Shown piece after piece: positions 29,521 through 45,037 of a DNA stretch of 64,000 nt. The translations under genes and the position numbers were made by a program. A model generated the notes under the pieces. That model made no database searches. It had not been told where the DNA came from and saw nothing but the letters and a program-made list of their open reading frames with translations. This DNA is from Octopus vulgaris (taxonomy: Eukaryota), in contig OX597821.1 of NCBI GenBank assembly GCA_951406725.2, forward strand, positions 4,650,001 to 4,714,000, written 5' to 3'. Each line of letters opens with the position of its first letter. The stretch's first letter is position 1.

Positions 29521-30349
29521 TACACACACACACAAACCTGATAGCAGCACTGAATGCTTAGTAGGCATGACCTCCAGGAATGCATACCGATGCTCTCCTT
29601 ACGTTTCTCGCACATCGATTATCTTCTTACATTTGCGACAAACGATCATCAGTATTTCGCTTGCCCTTAGTTTACATATCCTTATTTTACTTCCTTTTAC
29701 GCACATCTCATGCTCCTTCTCGTTCCCCATCTCTCCCCGCACAATTTACTCCACGTAAGACTTACACCTATTTCGATTTTCATGTCATTACACTAACACT
29801 CGGTATTATATAATTTTATCTCTCAACATCGAAAGGCAAGTAATTTCTAAGCCATATTTTTTCTAAAAATATGGCTTTTCTTTTAGTTGAATGAAATTCA
29901 ACATATACATATACTTCGTTTACAATTAATGAAGTTAATTGAAAATCCATATTATATTCGCAGTTAGTGATATCGCTGATAATATTGCAATTCTTGCTGC
30001 GAATATAGATGAGGACAACAATTTGTTATCTGTAATTATCTTAATATTTAATTTAGTTATTCACGCTTTTATCGGTAGTGTATGAAAAAAAATGCATACA
30101 TATTTACGTACATATATTCTTCCGTAGCTATGTATCTATGTGTGCGTGCGTTTATGTGTATAAAACAAAACTGTCCGACGATTGAGAACGTGAAACTCTG
30201 TGTATCAGTTTTTGTGATCTCTTTGCTGCTCTATTATATATATATATATATATGGCGACTGAGATGTATCTATACCTATATTGAGAGACATTTAAATATA
30301 TACATATCTATAAATGCGCGCGTACATATGTGCGTGTGTGTGTGTCTGT

Positions 30350-30430
<81 letters not shown>

Positions 30431-31939
30431 TACATGTACGTGTATTTATAGATAAACAAGCTTAGAAATCTAAAATATATGCAAAGTAATGAAAAGCGTT
30501 GGTTTTATTTAAGCATTTGCTATGAAATATTAAATAGGTTTAAGATCACCACTGGTGACCGGCACATTTTCATATTGCTCTAACAGCAAAATATCAGTGA
30601 TTATTGCATGGTACGCTTCTAAATCGACGACTACCCAGCAAAGAGGTTATGGTCTAAACGTTTCCCATCGATTCTCTCCGGCTTGGCAGGCTCCAAAAGC
30701 GCCGATAATCACGCCGACATGGTCATTTATTTCTATGTGTCTACATATGCGTGTCGATGGTATTTTCTGACACAGTATGATAGTGCTTAATTCTTCCCCA
30801 ATCGATCTCCCAAATATATTTCACATATTTCTATGTAGCATACATCTAAGTTAGCGGGAAGAGTAGATACCACTAGGGGAACATCGCTTTTAAGCTAGCT
30901 TCCACTCTAGGGCAACGGGTATAAACTGAATATCTTTAGAAAAAAATCTTTATTTATAAGTGTACATGTGTACATATGTATGTAGACAATATATGTTTGA
31001 GTAAGTGTCTATAGACCCACATACACATTCATGCGAATAATTTTGCTATTCTTAGCACTTTTATTGAGTAGGCCATGAGTCACTAGGTCACTGTGATGGA
31101 TCAGCAAACAAGATTATTATATACAAAACAGATATGGAGATGGAGTTGTTAATGCTCGCATGTATATGTGCGCGTGTGAATGTTTTCCTTGTATTTATAT
31201 ACGGGTGTGTGTGTTTAGTTTTGTGTGTCTGCGTATGTATTCGTGTGTGTGTACAGTTGGTTCCTTAAAGTGTTCTATCGTAGTCGATAAAATACTAGAG
31301 CGCCTTGTGATATTCTAGCTAGAGTTTTGAAGTGGTTTTTATCTATAGAAAAAAAATGGGGAATCAATATTTCTGTCATTCAATAAATGTATACTATACT
31401 TCTGCCAATCTCAGTATTGTTTATTTCTGATATTGGCTCATAGCCATTAATTTCCACGAAAAAGAATGGGGCAAACACAAACTATTAAATATTGAGAGTA
31501 CACATTTTATTGATACCCAAACCGCAACACGAAAATCAAGTTTTGATCCCTGTGAGATTTGAAATCAGAACATCAAAATGGTATAATTCGAAATATTGCA
31601 AGGCATTTGATCCGGTATTCCCACTGATTCTGCTATTCTCTGCGTAACGTTCTTTCTACACCCTCGGGGGAGCGATTTTGTAGGATTATAAGTTTGCCAG
31701 TATGTTCTTTGTGCCTTTGAGCACTGAATTCAGATTCTACCACTAACAACTTTACCTTTGATCGTTTCAGGGTTGATAAAATAAATACACGTCGAGTACC
31801 GGGGACGATGTAGTCAACTGACAACTTCTCCCGCTATTTCAGGATTTGTGTCTATAAATGGCAGTAATGCGACCATCTCGCGCAATCATCAGCATGTCGG
31901 ACCAAACTCTTAACGGTATTTCTTCTCACTTTTAAAATT

Positions 31940-32120
31940 TATTTGTTTCAGTCATCGGAGTGCGGAAATGCTGGAGAACTGCTTTGAAGGTTTCTTTTTT
32001 ATAAATAGGCCACAAAACTTGCTTGTTTTTAAAGACTGGTACTTATCCTATTCATCTTTTTCTGCCGAACCACTAAGTTATGAGCACATAAACAAAACAA
32101 AATCGGTTGTTAAGCGGTTA
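31940..32120 (-). mobile_element. SINE family A 3' half, decayed
   Basis: TTGTTTCAGTCAT...GCCGAACC block. Confidence 0.55.
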
Positions 32121-33829
32121 AAGAACAAATACAGACATACACATGCACACGCGCACACGCATGCACAAACACACAAACACGAAACACACATACACAAGCA
32201 CAAAAACGCACAAACACACACAAGCACACACACAAACACACAAACACATACACAAACACGCAAGCACACATAAAAGAACACGCAAAGACACTCACACATA
32301 TATAGCCAGTGCAGATCAACCCAAGACCAGGTACTTGGAAAGTGATCTTGTCAGCTATACACCCATCTCCATATTGAAGAAACTGTGAATCTAGATTGAG
32401 TGATATTGTCTTGTGAACGGTAGTCGAAGAAAAAAAAGAGACGTAAACATTCGATCATACATCTCCTGATTCAGGGAACCCCTAACATCTATGGCTGCCT
32501 GTTGAAAATAGAGGGAACACAGTAGCACGTACCATGCATTTGTTAATGGTTTTAGGTTTCTGTGCATTTGAGAGTAGACAGAGATTCCCTCTCGTTCGCA
32601 GAACTTTGACTACCTTTTGCCAGATAGCTGAACCAAAACTCTGCTAATGCACATTTCAAAATGGAGCACTTTGGTAAAAACGGTCACAATGTGCTACTTG
32701 GTCCACTAATCCAATTTATGAACATGAAACCAGGGAAATTCAGTAGTTGTCCCCACGCTGTCCATCAAGGTCGCAACGGTTTAAACAATAATCTCCACAA
32801 TTTATAACGTGTAAGGACACCAAAAAGCATTTTTTATATCTAACTTAACGTGGATGCATTGTGAGAGTGCCTCCACGTTATTTACTTTGAGAGAATCTCT
32901 CACATAGGTGCACGGTGCTTAAAAGCATACACAGTTATATCAGTGCCAGACATAAACATGTGCGCTTTACACATCGTACGTCCATATGAGAGTCCCAGTT
33001 AGGATAAATAAATATTCAGCATTACAACAGTTCATGTACGTTAACCTGGTTATGAAGATCGCCTTTTCGTATCAATACTGCTGTTGTCGCTAATAGCTTT
33101 GTGTTCTATACGGATATGTTTTAGATTTAAGTTTGAGTTGAAAATTATTTATCGAAATACTTGTCCATCTGATATGAAAGATATAACGAGAGAAAATAAA
33201 CAATATAGATTTTATGTTCATGACGCGAGAAAGATTCTGCTTCGAATCGTTGGATATATCAATCTATTTTAATGTTATGAAACCAATAAGAAAACGTAGT
33301 TAAAGCGTAGCTGATATCAAACCAAGAGAAGAGCTATTGAGTGCTAGAAATAAGCCAAATCTCCATCAGATCATATCCTACTTTACTGAGGAAAGGAAGA
33401 ATTAATTTTCTAATACAGTTCTATATAAACTAATGTTTATTTAAAGGGAGATAGTCGCACTTGAAACACATTTCGGTGTAGTTACTAGAACTTACTTTGA
33501 GTTTAAATGCAAGAGGACCACCATCATATAAAGGATATCAAATGATTGAAGGAACCTTTATACGTGTGATTGACTTTCGACAATTAGTTGCCAAAACCCC
33601 ATCAAACCACACACTACGGCTTTAAAAAAGGAACAGTACATTAAGCCATGTATTCCTATATACATTGTACTAACATTGAGTTCAAAGCGGTTTACCACAT
33701 ATGCAAATCTTTTGAGGGTAATTCTGTTCGATCAGTCATTATACGAGTCTGAAGATAATAAAGACCAAGATGTGGATGAGGAATTCCAACCACGTTTCGT
33801 GTTTCGCTACCTCAACAGCTCCTTTATAG

Positions 33830-35400
33830 GATACAGTGGCTAAGGACATCATGAGGAGAAACCACATCCGTTGTCGGCCCCTATCCCTCAATTATTTTCG
33901 ACGTGTCGCTCCCCTCCTGATTCGGAGGTGTCTTCAGCTCTGGAGATGAGTGCGTTCTTTTCCTATTGTTCTGGCATTCTGTTGTTTGGTTTCCTCGATG
34001 CAGCGTCAACCAATGTCAGCGGACGAATGGTCACCCTGACAAATTACTCTCCAAATACTCGCCGGCCCACCTGTCAAGCAGCAAAGCTGTTTCAGTGCCA
34101 GCCGGCTCCACCTAGCGACGCTATTTCCCAATCGGCATATTATAGCTTTCATATCAATTCGGGACTTCTCGTTTCAGCCATATATAGAAGATGGTTTTGT
34201 CGACTGCCTCCTGTATCCTCCTTATTAGTTTTCTCAGTACTGAGCTTTCCAGCTCCCAGGATTCCTTCCATCTTTCGCCTGTCTCGTATACTTTATTTGA
34301 AGGCTTGTTCTTATTTCCTTTTCCCTGCTTCTTGGAGTATATTCTTTCGTATTTTTCCATTTTTGGGTATTTTCCCCTATTATATCCCTCGATCTTCATG
34401 AGTGCTGCGCTTATGACACCGAGGACTTGGTTATGATGCCACGTGTATCTGACTAGATCTAGCCTGCAGTTTGATAGATCATGTCTCACCGTCGCTTTCT
34501 CACCGCATCTACATTTATTTATCGTTTTAATGTTCCACCAGATTAAATAGGTCGGTGAAAGCAAAACGTCGAAGGATCAGGAAGGATGCTATTGCTTGTT
34601 CTCAAGCCCAATTTTTTCTTCCATGAGATTCTGCGACTGACCACATATTCCTCCCATCTCAGGCATTGTCCCTGTTGACTACATTGCACCAAATGTACAT
34701 TTCGCCTTTCTTTCTCCTCTTTTCTCACTTCCTGTATCACTGCCTCTTTCATCTCTTTTACATTGCTCATGCAAAGTGGTTTGAGGTTTTGCAACCCTAG
34801 ATCGGCTTCATGCGTCGCTCCAACTATATCAGCATGCCTTAGATTTTCCGATCGCGCTTTTTACTGCTTCTTCTTTCCAATTCCTCCATGTTCTTACATA
34901 CATTTGGAGGATTTTCTCGGATGTTCTTAGCATCTTTACTGTCCTCCACGGTAGTTGCAGCACAGATTTTCCATATCGCCCAGTTGTATTCAACAGTTTT
35001 GGAAGACCAAGCAATTCTCAAATAAACATATTGCATCTTTGTTCCATACTTTCTACTCCACTCGAGGTTATTTCATACATTTTCAATGGCTACATTATCC
35101 TTGACTACAGTCCAAATTGCAATATCCAATATTTGAATTTCCCTGGTAATGTTGTTCTGTCGATTGCCTGCATTCCCTGCTCCACGTTCCACTAAATTGT
35201 GTGTTTCTTTGCTTTGCTTTTTATCAGTTAATAAATCCCGGTATCATCTACCGAGACTTTTTACTGGTTATTCTTTCACCGTTGGTATGTCTTCGCCTCC
35301 TATCCATAACTTCCCTTCCTTGTAAACTCCTTTCATGAATGCCACACTTCGAGATTTCTTTGCTTTAAATTTCATTCGTCCAACCACCCTAACAACGGTT
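33830..35400 (-). mobile_element. Decayed RLE non-LTR retrotransposon, HERO-like
   Basis: Broken frames: MKFKAKKSRS (RT end), LGLPK, QQGQCLRWE..RRISW, LSPTYLIWW..CRCGEKATVRHDLSNC..RYTWHHNQVL. Confidence 0.72.
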
Positions 35401-35868
35401 AAATGAAATTTTGCTTCGAATATGACTGTATATAGTTGCTGAACCTCATTTTCTTTTATGATTTAGATGAGACCTGACAGCCACTTAATGGAGTAAAATG
35501 TGCAGAACAAGATGTCACCCGTATTTACACGTCATTTGTGACAAATGTCACAGTAACATATCCAGTAACCATATCAGTAGCCAACTTATTGAAGGAATGG
35601 TGATAAACACACACAGTCACACAAAGTCACACACACACACAGAAACACACGCGCAGACACACACACACATATAGATGCACACAAAAACACCAATATAAAT
35701 GATTATTATGAGACATCGGCAGGGTTATCAGAGTAAACTTGACTGAAAGACAGTTCAAGTAGTTGAAGAATGCTGACAAAAGGCCATAATCCTATGGTAG
35801 CCGCATGGTTAAAGAGATACATTCTCACCTCTTCTACCTCCTGTTATACCTCGAGATTTATACATATG

Positions 35869-35941
<73 letters not shown>

Positions 35942-36005
35942 AGAAAGATAGATAAATAGATAGATACATAGATAGATAGATAACTAGATAGATAGATAGA
36001 TAGAC

Positions 36006-36068
<63 letters not shown>

Positions 36069-38131
36069 GATAGAAAGATTGATAGATATACAGATAGAGA
36101 TAAATATGTTTTTGCGTATATACATATGTGCATGTGTATGTATATGAGACACACATAAACAGACATGCACACACACACACACACACACACACCATTACAT
36201 TGATAAACGTTGCCATGTGATAAATTCTCTTCGTAGTCCCCTAGCTTTGTTATCGGTTCTATTTGTGGTATCCTCGCATCTTTCTAGCCATGGCAGACCG
36301 ATATTTTGTGGATGGCTGCCTTAAGGCGTCGCCATAAACACACATGTGCGTGTTTTACTGCATTTACCAAGAGCCTAGTTTAATTTGTCATTTTCTTTTA
36401 AACTGTTTAGTTATTCCAGTTTCTGTAGTTATTGAAATAAGCAAACTTCTTAATATTGACTTATCTAACATTTTGAAGGTGCTTGTACGAATGATTGGAA
36501 GATAAGAGGAAGGAATTTATCCATGAGTGATCCACTAAAAACCTCTGCTTCATCACTACTATGGTCACCAATAGGCAGCGATTTGAAATTTTAGTGTAAC
36601 GCTTTAAACCCCACAAGGTTTATAACATGTACAAGGTTCATTGAAAACCTCGGAAATGTCATTGCATTTATGGTCATTTGAGAAATATAAAAGTTTTCTT
36701 GGTTTAAGGCGGAAACATATGATTTGAGGGATATATGGCTGCTATTTCTTGTAGGTGGATAGCCAGCACCTAGATTCTGCATCGTTGGCTCGTACGAACG
36801 TGACGTTCCATTTATTGGTTTAAGGATGTATTTGCATTAAAATACACATAAGCCACCCGCAATCATTATCCATTAAGCAAGACAAATTAAGTTCCTAAAT
36901 CTTTTGAAACAGGAATTTACCCATTTCCTTTCCAAGTGGAATCCTATAAAAATATTCCTTCATAACATGTGTCTCTTCTCCTCGTTTCTCACAGATTCTG
37001 AACTAAGTTATCATGACGCCAGAGAATTATATCTCTGTCCATTTGATTATTGATGCTTCCCAATTTATTTATTAATGCCAACTTTATCTTCAATACATTT
37101 TCGCATTTCTATAAAATATTCATAACAATTTCACCCAGTATTAACTGTGATTTATTCAGTGAATCCTTCAATTTGCACTGAATGTATACAGACCCAGATG
37201 AAGATGGCGGGGTATTGATTAAGCATACGCTGAGAATCGATTAATACCAAACTATCTCCCATTTATCGAAAGCTGAAACACTAATTCCTATTGCTTTCTT
37301 TGACACCATATCGAAATTGAGGAAAAGTATCTGCATACAGGTCATAGTTATTTGTTTGTGAAGAAATTATTAAGACAACTCAACAACCAAACTGATGAAA
37401 ATATTTTCTTTCGTTTGTGAGTGTCTTGTTACAAAGCTCCCCGCTGAAATGCATTCTGACAGCTAGCTCTATATCCTAAAATTGAAGGATATTCTTTGTT
37501 GATTTTGTGATAAAACAGTATTGGCTACAATTACCAGAATTATAAGTCTGAGTATGATTAGTTGAATATATTTGAATTTAGATGTTCCTATAGTAAGTTT
37601 TCAATCAACTTGGCATCGTCGATTTATATAAGTAATTGTATGGAACGGCGTCACTAAAAACTCCACTGTTTATTACATTTTCGAAAGCATCTAATTTACT
37701 TCGTTGACGTGGCAGACATCTTCGTATTTCTCAGTCGTACGTGCAACGTATGATCTAGAGAATGGTTGAAGAGATCCAAACAATTTGGTTAAATGCAAAG
37801 CGATGCCTTTACAACGGTGGCTTCATTCTACCACATCCTTTCGAAATTATATTAGAAGATTATATTAAAATGTAAGATGAAATTTATATTTCAATGTAAC
37901 GTTCGAAACAGAATGAAACCTTATACAATGGAAAGTAATTCAGTAAACTATAAAGATGGAATAACATCAAAAGTGAATTCAATACCCAGGAAGGAAGCTA
38001 GTTTTCAATTGTCATTATTAATGAGGAGACGGATACTGTGTTCGTAGTGTGAAAGAGATTGAATTTTCACAAACCAATTTCCAGCAATCGTTATTGGTCT
38101 GTTATGAAATGGAATCTCGAGTATTATACAC

Positions 38132-38235
<104 letters not shown>

Positions 38236-38581
38236 TTGTATGTATGTATATTGTTTCTAGAGTAAAAGCTGCCCGATTGCAACCCAAGTGTGAAAAGGTT
38301 AATAAATTGACATGAAAATGTTCAGTAACTAGAAGCGTCATAAAGTTAAATAAATTGGTAATTGTAATCCTGTAAAATGTCTCCTATTCAAGATGAATAT
38401 TGGCAATATGCGAACAAATATCAGTGAATGAAGTGAACAGACCGTAAGATGAACCTAATCAAATATATCAGGAATTGTTGCAGATTCACAAGTTTTAGTG
38501 AAAATGTCGGTGGATGTCTTTGCAATATATTGTTTCATTGCCCGGCTAGAATTAAACACGCTTCTTCGTATGTCGACGTCG

Positions 38582-38803
38582 ATGAGAAAGAGACGAAGAA
38601 GATGAAGAAGAAGATGAAGAAGAAGATGAAGAAGAAGATGAAGAAGAAGAAGAAGAAGAAGAAGAAGAAGAAGAGAAGAAGGAGGAGGAGGAGGAGGAGA
38701 AGAAGAAGAAGAAGAAGAAGAAGAAGAAGAAGAAGACGAAGAAGAAGACGAAGAAGAAGAAGAAGAAGAAGAAGAAGAAGAAGAAGAAGAAGAAGAAGAA
38801 GAA
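38582..38803. repeat. (GAA)n microsatellite
   Basis: Direct inspection. Confidence 0.95.
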
Positions 38804-39019
38804 GGGAGTGGCAGTAATAACATAGATGAAAATAACAGTCACAATGTCATAATATCACGCACATTTTGTTGTGCCTGATGTGCCCTTATCCGGTGGGTAA
38901 TCATGATCAGTATTTTAGGCGTCAATAATTTGTGCCCCTATGTGACTATTATACTGTGTCACTCAGTAATAACAATAATAATACTGAGAATAATAATATT
39001 AATAATAATGATTTCAAAT

Positions 39020-39730
39020 TTTTTTTCTGCAATTTCGTAGAGTGGTCGATGAGAGGATTTCATTGGACCAATTTTCAACTGGTGCTTTTTTTATCGACTC
39101 GAAGGTTTACGTGGCTAAGTCGAACTCGGCGGAGTTTGAACTCTGAAGGTATAGACAAAAGAAATGTCGCTAAATATTTTGCTCGGCGTGATAACGATTC
39201 TGCTAGTTCATCAAAGATAATGGGTTCAAATTTTGGTACAAAACCAACAGTTTTAGGGGAAATGGGTGTCGATCACATCAACGTAATTACTTCACTGGTA
39301 CTTGTTTTAGCAACCCGGAAAAGATGAAATGCAAAGTGGACCTCGGTGATAACGACCCCAGTGCTAGACTGGTTCTTATTTCATTGACATTGGGAGGATG
39401 AAAGAGGGACATGTGTTTGAACTCAGAACGTGAAGACCGGCGAAATCGTCTAAGTGTTTTGTCCAGTGTGCTTAACAATGCTTCTCACCTCACCACCTTG
39501 ATATCATTATTGTTACTTTTAAAGTCTGTGAGCTGACAGAATCGTTAGCTAGCCAGAGAAAATGTTTAGCGATATTCCCTCTTTCTTTGTGTTCTGAGTT
39601 CAAATTCCGCCGAGGGTGCCTTTCATCCTCTCCCAGTGGACAAAATCAGTACCGAATGAGTACTGGGGTAGTTCTATTCGACTTAGTCCTGGACCCGAAA
39701 CTGCTGCCGTGTGCCAAAACTTGAAACAAT
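39020..39730. mobile_element. Cluster of decayed SINE family B copies (minus 39020-39480, plus 39520-39730)
   Basis: TTTGAACTC and GAGTTCAAATTCCGCCGAGG motifs. Confidence 0.6.
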
Positions 39731-39741
39731 TATTATTATCA

Positions 39742-40906
39742 TTCAGTAGTTTTATTTTTATAGCGTGCTTTCACTACACTACCGAGCGCAGCTCTGTGTG
39801 CCTTGGGTATGTGCTGTGATTTGTTGTGGTGCTCTGATGGTTACTGTATTGAAAGTGTTCTGCGTAGGATGTGTACAGTGCCTAGTAGTGCAATTTTCTG
39901 TATGTTATATGTGTTTGTAAGTCCTGGTGTTTTTGTTATGTATTTGTCTGAATATTTTTTTATCATGCCTAATGCACCTACTATGATAGGAATTGTTTCT
40001 GTTTTTAGTTTCCACATTCTAGTTACCTCTATTTCCAGGTCTTTGTATTTTGAAAGTTTTTCCATTTCTTTTAGAGACACGTTGTCATCTGCTGGTATTG
40101 ATACACCAATTAGAAAGCATTTTTTCTTCATGATCTCTGACAACTATATCTGGTCTGTTGGCCTTAATTTCTCTATCTGTGTGTATCGGCATATTCCAGA
40201 GCATGTTTGCTTTCTCGTTTTCTGTGACCTTTTCTGGTGTGTGCCTATACCATCTTTTTTCTGATGTTATTCCATAATGTTGGCATAGCTTCCAGTGTAT
40301 GTAGGTCCCAACTCTCTCGTGTCTGTGAATATATTCCTTCTTAGCCTGGACTGGGCAGCCAGAGATAATATGATTTATTGTTTCTTGTCCATTTCCACAT
40401 ATTCTGCAGTTACTTGTTATCTTTCTTTTCATTACATGTGTTTGGTAATTTCTGGTGGGGAGGCTTTGGTCTTGTGCTGCAATTAAAAATCCCTCTGTCT
40501 CTGCTTTGAGTCCTCAGCTTCTCAACCACTGCTGGGACTTTCTTTGTTTATTTCTTTTACATTTAGTTTAGTCCAGTACTTGCCATGAAGGGGATTTTCT
40601 TGCCATCGCTTTATCATGGTCCATTGCTGTTCTAGTTTTAGTTTTGATTTCATTTGCTTTATAGCTTTTGCTGTGTTTTCTTCTTCTTTTTCTTTTTCTT
40701 TTTCTTCTTCTTCTTCTTCTTCTTCTTCTTCTTCTTCTTCTTCTTCTTCTCCTCCTCCTCCTCCTGCTCCTCCTCCTCCTCCTTCTTCTTCTTCTTCTTC
40801 TTCTTCTTCTTCTTCTTCTTCTTCTTCTTCTTCTTCTTCTTCTACATATTTATTAGGTGCTGATTTCTTGTTTGTATTTGTCAGCTTCCTTAAATACTGA
40901 GAACAA
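39742..40906 (-). mobile_element. 5'-truncated R4/Dong-like non-LTR retrotransposon (restriction-like endonuclease end)
   Basis: GLKAETEGFLIAAQDQ, CRICGNGQETINHIISGC (CCHC), RHERV, NRPDIVV, EKLSKYKDL, PIIVGALG; frameshifts and stops; flanked by (TTA)n. Confidence 0.85.
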
Positions 40907-40915
40907 TATTATTAC

Positions 40916-40997
<82 letters not shown>

Positions 40998-41444
40998 GAT
41001 GATGTTGTTATTTTTATTACTATCAACTGATTGGAAGTGTTATCATACACCTTGTTTTGTCTTGGTATAAAAGATGGGCGACAGAAAATATTCTGCTCAA
41101 TACCACAGATTTGTTTATCAGTTGTTTGACCTTAACCAGTTGAGCATGCCCCTTAGTGGCTGACGATATGATCATCTCTGATCACGAGCAGAATTAATGG
41201 GTGGGCCATTGTTGAGAGGAATTTTTTGGTGTTTTATTGCTTGGACTAGTAACTAAAGAAAGCAGCTCGCTACAAACAGGATGATGTAAAATTGCAGACT
41301 TAATATTTTAGAATAAAAATATCAATATAGCTTTGCAAGATTAGGGATGCGATAACTGTAGGAATAACTGTATGAATTGTCGTGAAAAAAAGTAAAATCA
41401 GTAGCAGCGCCAACAACGACAACAGAGCAGAAGCAACAACAACA

Positions 41445-41570
41445 GTGGAGGCGCACTGGCGCAGTGGTTGAGGCAGCGAACTCGCGGTTTCGATTCCCAA
41501 ACCGAGTATTGTGAGTTTTTATTGAGCAAAAACACCTAAACTCCACGAGGCTCTCGCTCACTCTTTCTTC
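41445..41570 (+). mobile_element. SINE family C head
   Basis: GTGGAGGCGCACTGGCGCAGTGGTT...TTCGATTCCC. Confidence 0.6.
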
Positions 41571-41737
41571 CTACTTCTGCCACTCAGGCGTAGACAGAAT
41601 TAACAAATTCTTTAAGCAGGCGTAGACAGGGTCAATCATCAAGAAAGGGTAGTTTGCCGTGGAAAGGGCAATTAGAACAGAATCAGGGAGGATCATTTCG
41701 ACATTAGTAATAGAAATGAATAGAATTGAGAGAATCT

Positions 41738-41930
<193 letters not shown>

Positions 41931-41951
41931 GCTTAATTACATATATACATA

Positions 41952-42434
41952 CAGTAATCCCTCGATTATCACTGGTGTTACGTTCCAAACCCCACCGCGA
42001 TAGTTGAAAATCCACTAAGTAGAACCAGTACTGTACTGTATATATATATATATATATCTTAGTTTTGTAATTCGTGTATATTTATTTTAATATAACTACA
42101 AAACAACACCGCACACTCGCCTCTCGAGTCTCGTTTACCATACAGCATATGTGATTCTTTGTTTACTCCTCTACAGTACACTACGTATTTTCTTTTCATA
42201 TATTTTAATTAATGTGTTATACAGTGTAGTACTGTAGTATTTTATTAATTAATTTATTAATTTTTAGGCGTAAAAACGCTTATTTTACCACAGATATAAT
42301 TATAAACTAAAAGAGATAAAAATACCTATCGGCCGCAGAAGCTCGTTATATATATTTACATATGTTAGCCAGAAACATCAGCGATGCACTGAGTACGCGA
42401 TAGGAGAACCGCGATAGGTGAACTGCGATTACTG
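41952..42434. mobile_element. Tigger/pogo-like MITE
   Basis: TA-CAGTAATC...GATTACTG-TA termini; subterminal CCGCGATAG repeats. Confidence 0.7.
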
Positions 42435-42485
42435 TACATACATAGATGTATACATACATAGAAAGAGAAGGAGATGCATATAAGT

Positions 42486-42521
<36 letters not shown>

Positions 42522-42760
42522 CCACATACAGTTGTACATTCATACCTAAATGTATACGCATCAATAAATATAGGTGCACATATCTATTTTCTTCCATTTT
42601 TCTATTCCGTTTATTTAATGTTCGTCTATTGATAGTCTCAAAACAAAAAGAACAATTTTAGTATTTCCTTCTGTATTTGATGAAACAGTTACTCTTATTT
42701 GCTGTTGTTTCAATAATACTTATTCTCCCGAAGGCTTAACATTCTTCATCGAAAACGTTC

Positions 42761-42797
<37 letters not shown>

Positions 42798-43037
42798 TCT
42801 CTCTCACTTTCTGTTTTCCTTCTTCTTTTCCCACTCTTCTTCAGTCTCTGTTCATTCCGTCAACATATTCCTGGTAACCTTTTGTTAAGCATTTACGTGG
42901 AAAAGTCTTCCAGTCGTGACAATCCCACCTAATTTTCTGTCTTGTTTGCAAATATAATGATAATGATATAAAGAAAAAATACTTAAAATGTTCGTGTCAT
43001 ATATGTTATTAAAATATTTGAATGTAGCAGCAGCAAC

Positions 43038-43091
<54 letters not shown>

Positions 43092-43209
43092 GGTGGTGGT
43101 GGGTGTGGTGGTGGTGGTGGCGGCGGTGGTGGTAGTAGTAGTAGTGGTGGTGGTAGCAGCAACAGCAGTTAGAGGAAGGGGAGGAGGTGCGGCAGCAGCG
43201 GAGGCGGTG

Positions 43210-43531
43210 GCAGTGTTTATATTATTTCTGTTTGTTCCTTCTAGAGCCACGCCTGGCTCATAAGGGCCTGTTTCACGGTTTCAGTAGAGTATAGGTTTCT
43301 TACCTGGACAGGACGCCGATCCGTCACAGGTGAGCTAATAGATGCAAGATGAAAGACTGAGAGAAAGTTGTAGCGAAAGAGTCGAGAGAAGTTCGCCATT
43401 ACCTTCTTCCGGAGCCGCGTGGAGCTTTCGTGTTTCGCCCATAAACACACACATCGCACGGTCTGAGATTCGAACCCGCGATCCCTCGACTACGACTCCA
43501 CTGCTCTAATCACTTGGCCATGTGCCTCCAC
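43210..43531 (-). mobile_element. SINE family C-related element
   Basis: tRNA-like head with GGGTTCGAATC; shares the GAGAGAAAGTTG and CCGGAGCC blocks with 10868-11176. Confidence 0.7.
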
Positions 43532-44134
43532 GTCTAAGTATTACACTACCTTTTCTAATATGAAGAAAAGATGCATAGATATTTTAATATATCCAGATTT
43601 CCTTAAAATATATCTCGATATATCGAACAGTTACAGAATAGGAATTTATTAATTGAACTATCTGCCAAGAATGCTTTATATATGCAAACTGGGGTTTCAG
43701 ATATACTTAAGCCCTTAGGAATTTTTATTTGAACTATTGATACTAATGCCTAAAATTTTGGGGAAAGTCGTTAGTCGGTTACATCGACCATTATGCGCCA
43801 GTGGCAAATGTTTTATTGATCCGAAAGGATACAATGTAGATTCTACCCCGGCAGTATTTGAACACGAAACACATAACTGGAAGAGATGCCCCAAGCATAT
43901 CGTTCTTCTTTCTAATGATTCTACGAGTTCTAACAATTTCAAGGCCTTAACTCGTAACGATAATGAAGTCGCTGTTTCCATGGATTGTTGCAGATGTTAC
44001 GTGGTCGCTTATGATAACAAAATCACAACTCCAAGATACAACAGGTGAAGTGTTGTCTAAAATCTATTGATATATTCTGTTTTACATTATAGCCTTGAAA
44101 CAAAGCACTTTTGATTTATCACTAGATTTCCATC

Positions 44135-44208
<74 letters not shown>

Positions 44209-44271
44209 AAGTATGTATGTATATATATTCAGAGAGAGAGAGAGATACATCAGTGATTGCATATTTGTATT

Positions 44272-44300
<29 letters not shown>

Positions 44301-44305
<5 letters not shown>

Positions 44306-44600
44306 ATTTTATAGAAGGAGCTTCTACAGGACTAGAACTGTTTCATTCAAAAGAAATCATCAGGAAGCTAGATGACAAGAGTAGTTTTGGCATTTATACA
44401 TTTAGGCATGTTTAAAGGGGTGGTGGTGGGGGACTTTTTGGGGGTAGGCATGGCGCAAACTATCATTCTTAGGGGAGTGGTCTAAGGAATTGTTGGTAAA
44501 GTAGATAAAAGAATAAATAAAAGAATAAAAGAATAAATAGAAAAATAGAGTTTTAGGTAAATCAGGAGACTCTCACTTATACATATACATATACATATAT
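44301..44600 (-). mobile_element. Diverged 3' terminus of the same PLE family (microsatellite-rich part probably continues to ~45290)
   Basis: Aligns with 55743-56140, including GGGGGACTTTTTGGGGGTAGGCAT and GGAGAnTCTCACTTATAC; abuts (TA)n. Confidence 0.85.
44319..44369 (-). ncRNA. Hammerhead ribozyme copy
   Basis: Reverse complement reads AGCTTC CTGATGA tttcttttgaat GAAA CAG ttctagtc CTG TA GAAGCT. Confidence 0.86.
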
Positions 44601-44612
44601 ATATATACATAC

Positions 44613-44645
<33 letters not shown>

Positions 44646-44999
44646 CACACACATGTACATATACACATACACACACACATACACATATGTATACATATAC
44701 ATACATACATATACACACATATACATACATACACATATACATATATACACATACACATACGTACACATACACATACACACATATACACATGCACATATGT
44801 ACCCATATACATATATCTACGTACACGCCCATACCCATACTCATACATACACTTATATATGTCTACACACATATATATATTAAAGGGGATATACACCCCC
44901 ATACACACACGCTCCCATATCCATATATATATATATATACATACACATATATTTATACCCCCACATACACACATATATATACATACATACACATACATA

Positions 45000-45037
<38 letters not shown>

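Noticed and set aside
32330-33030. Possible LINE 5' region
   Set aside because: Repeat-like composition but no motif I can support.
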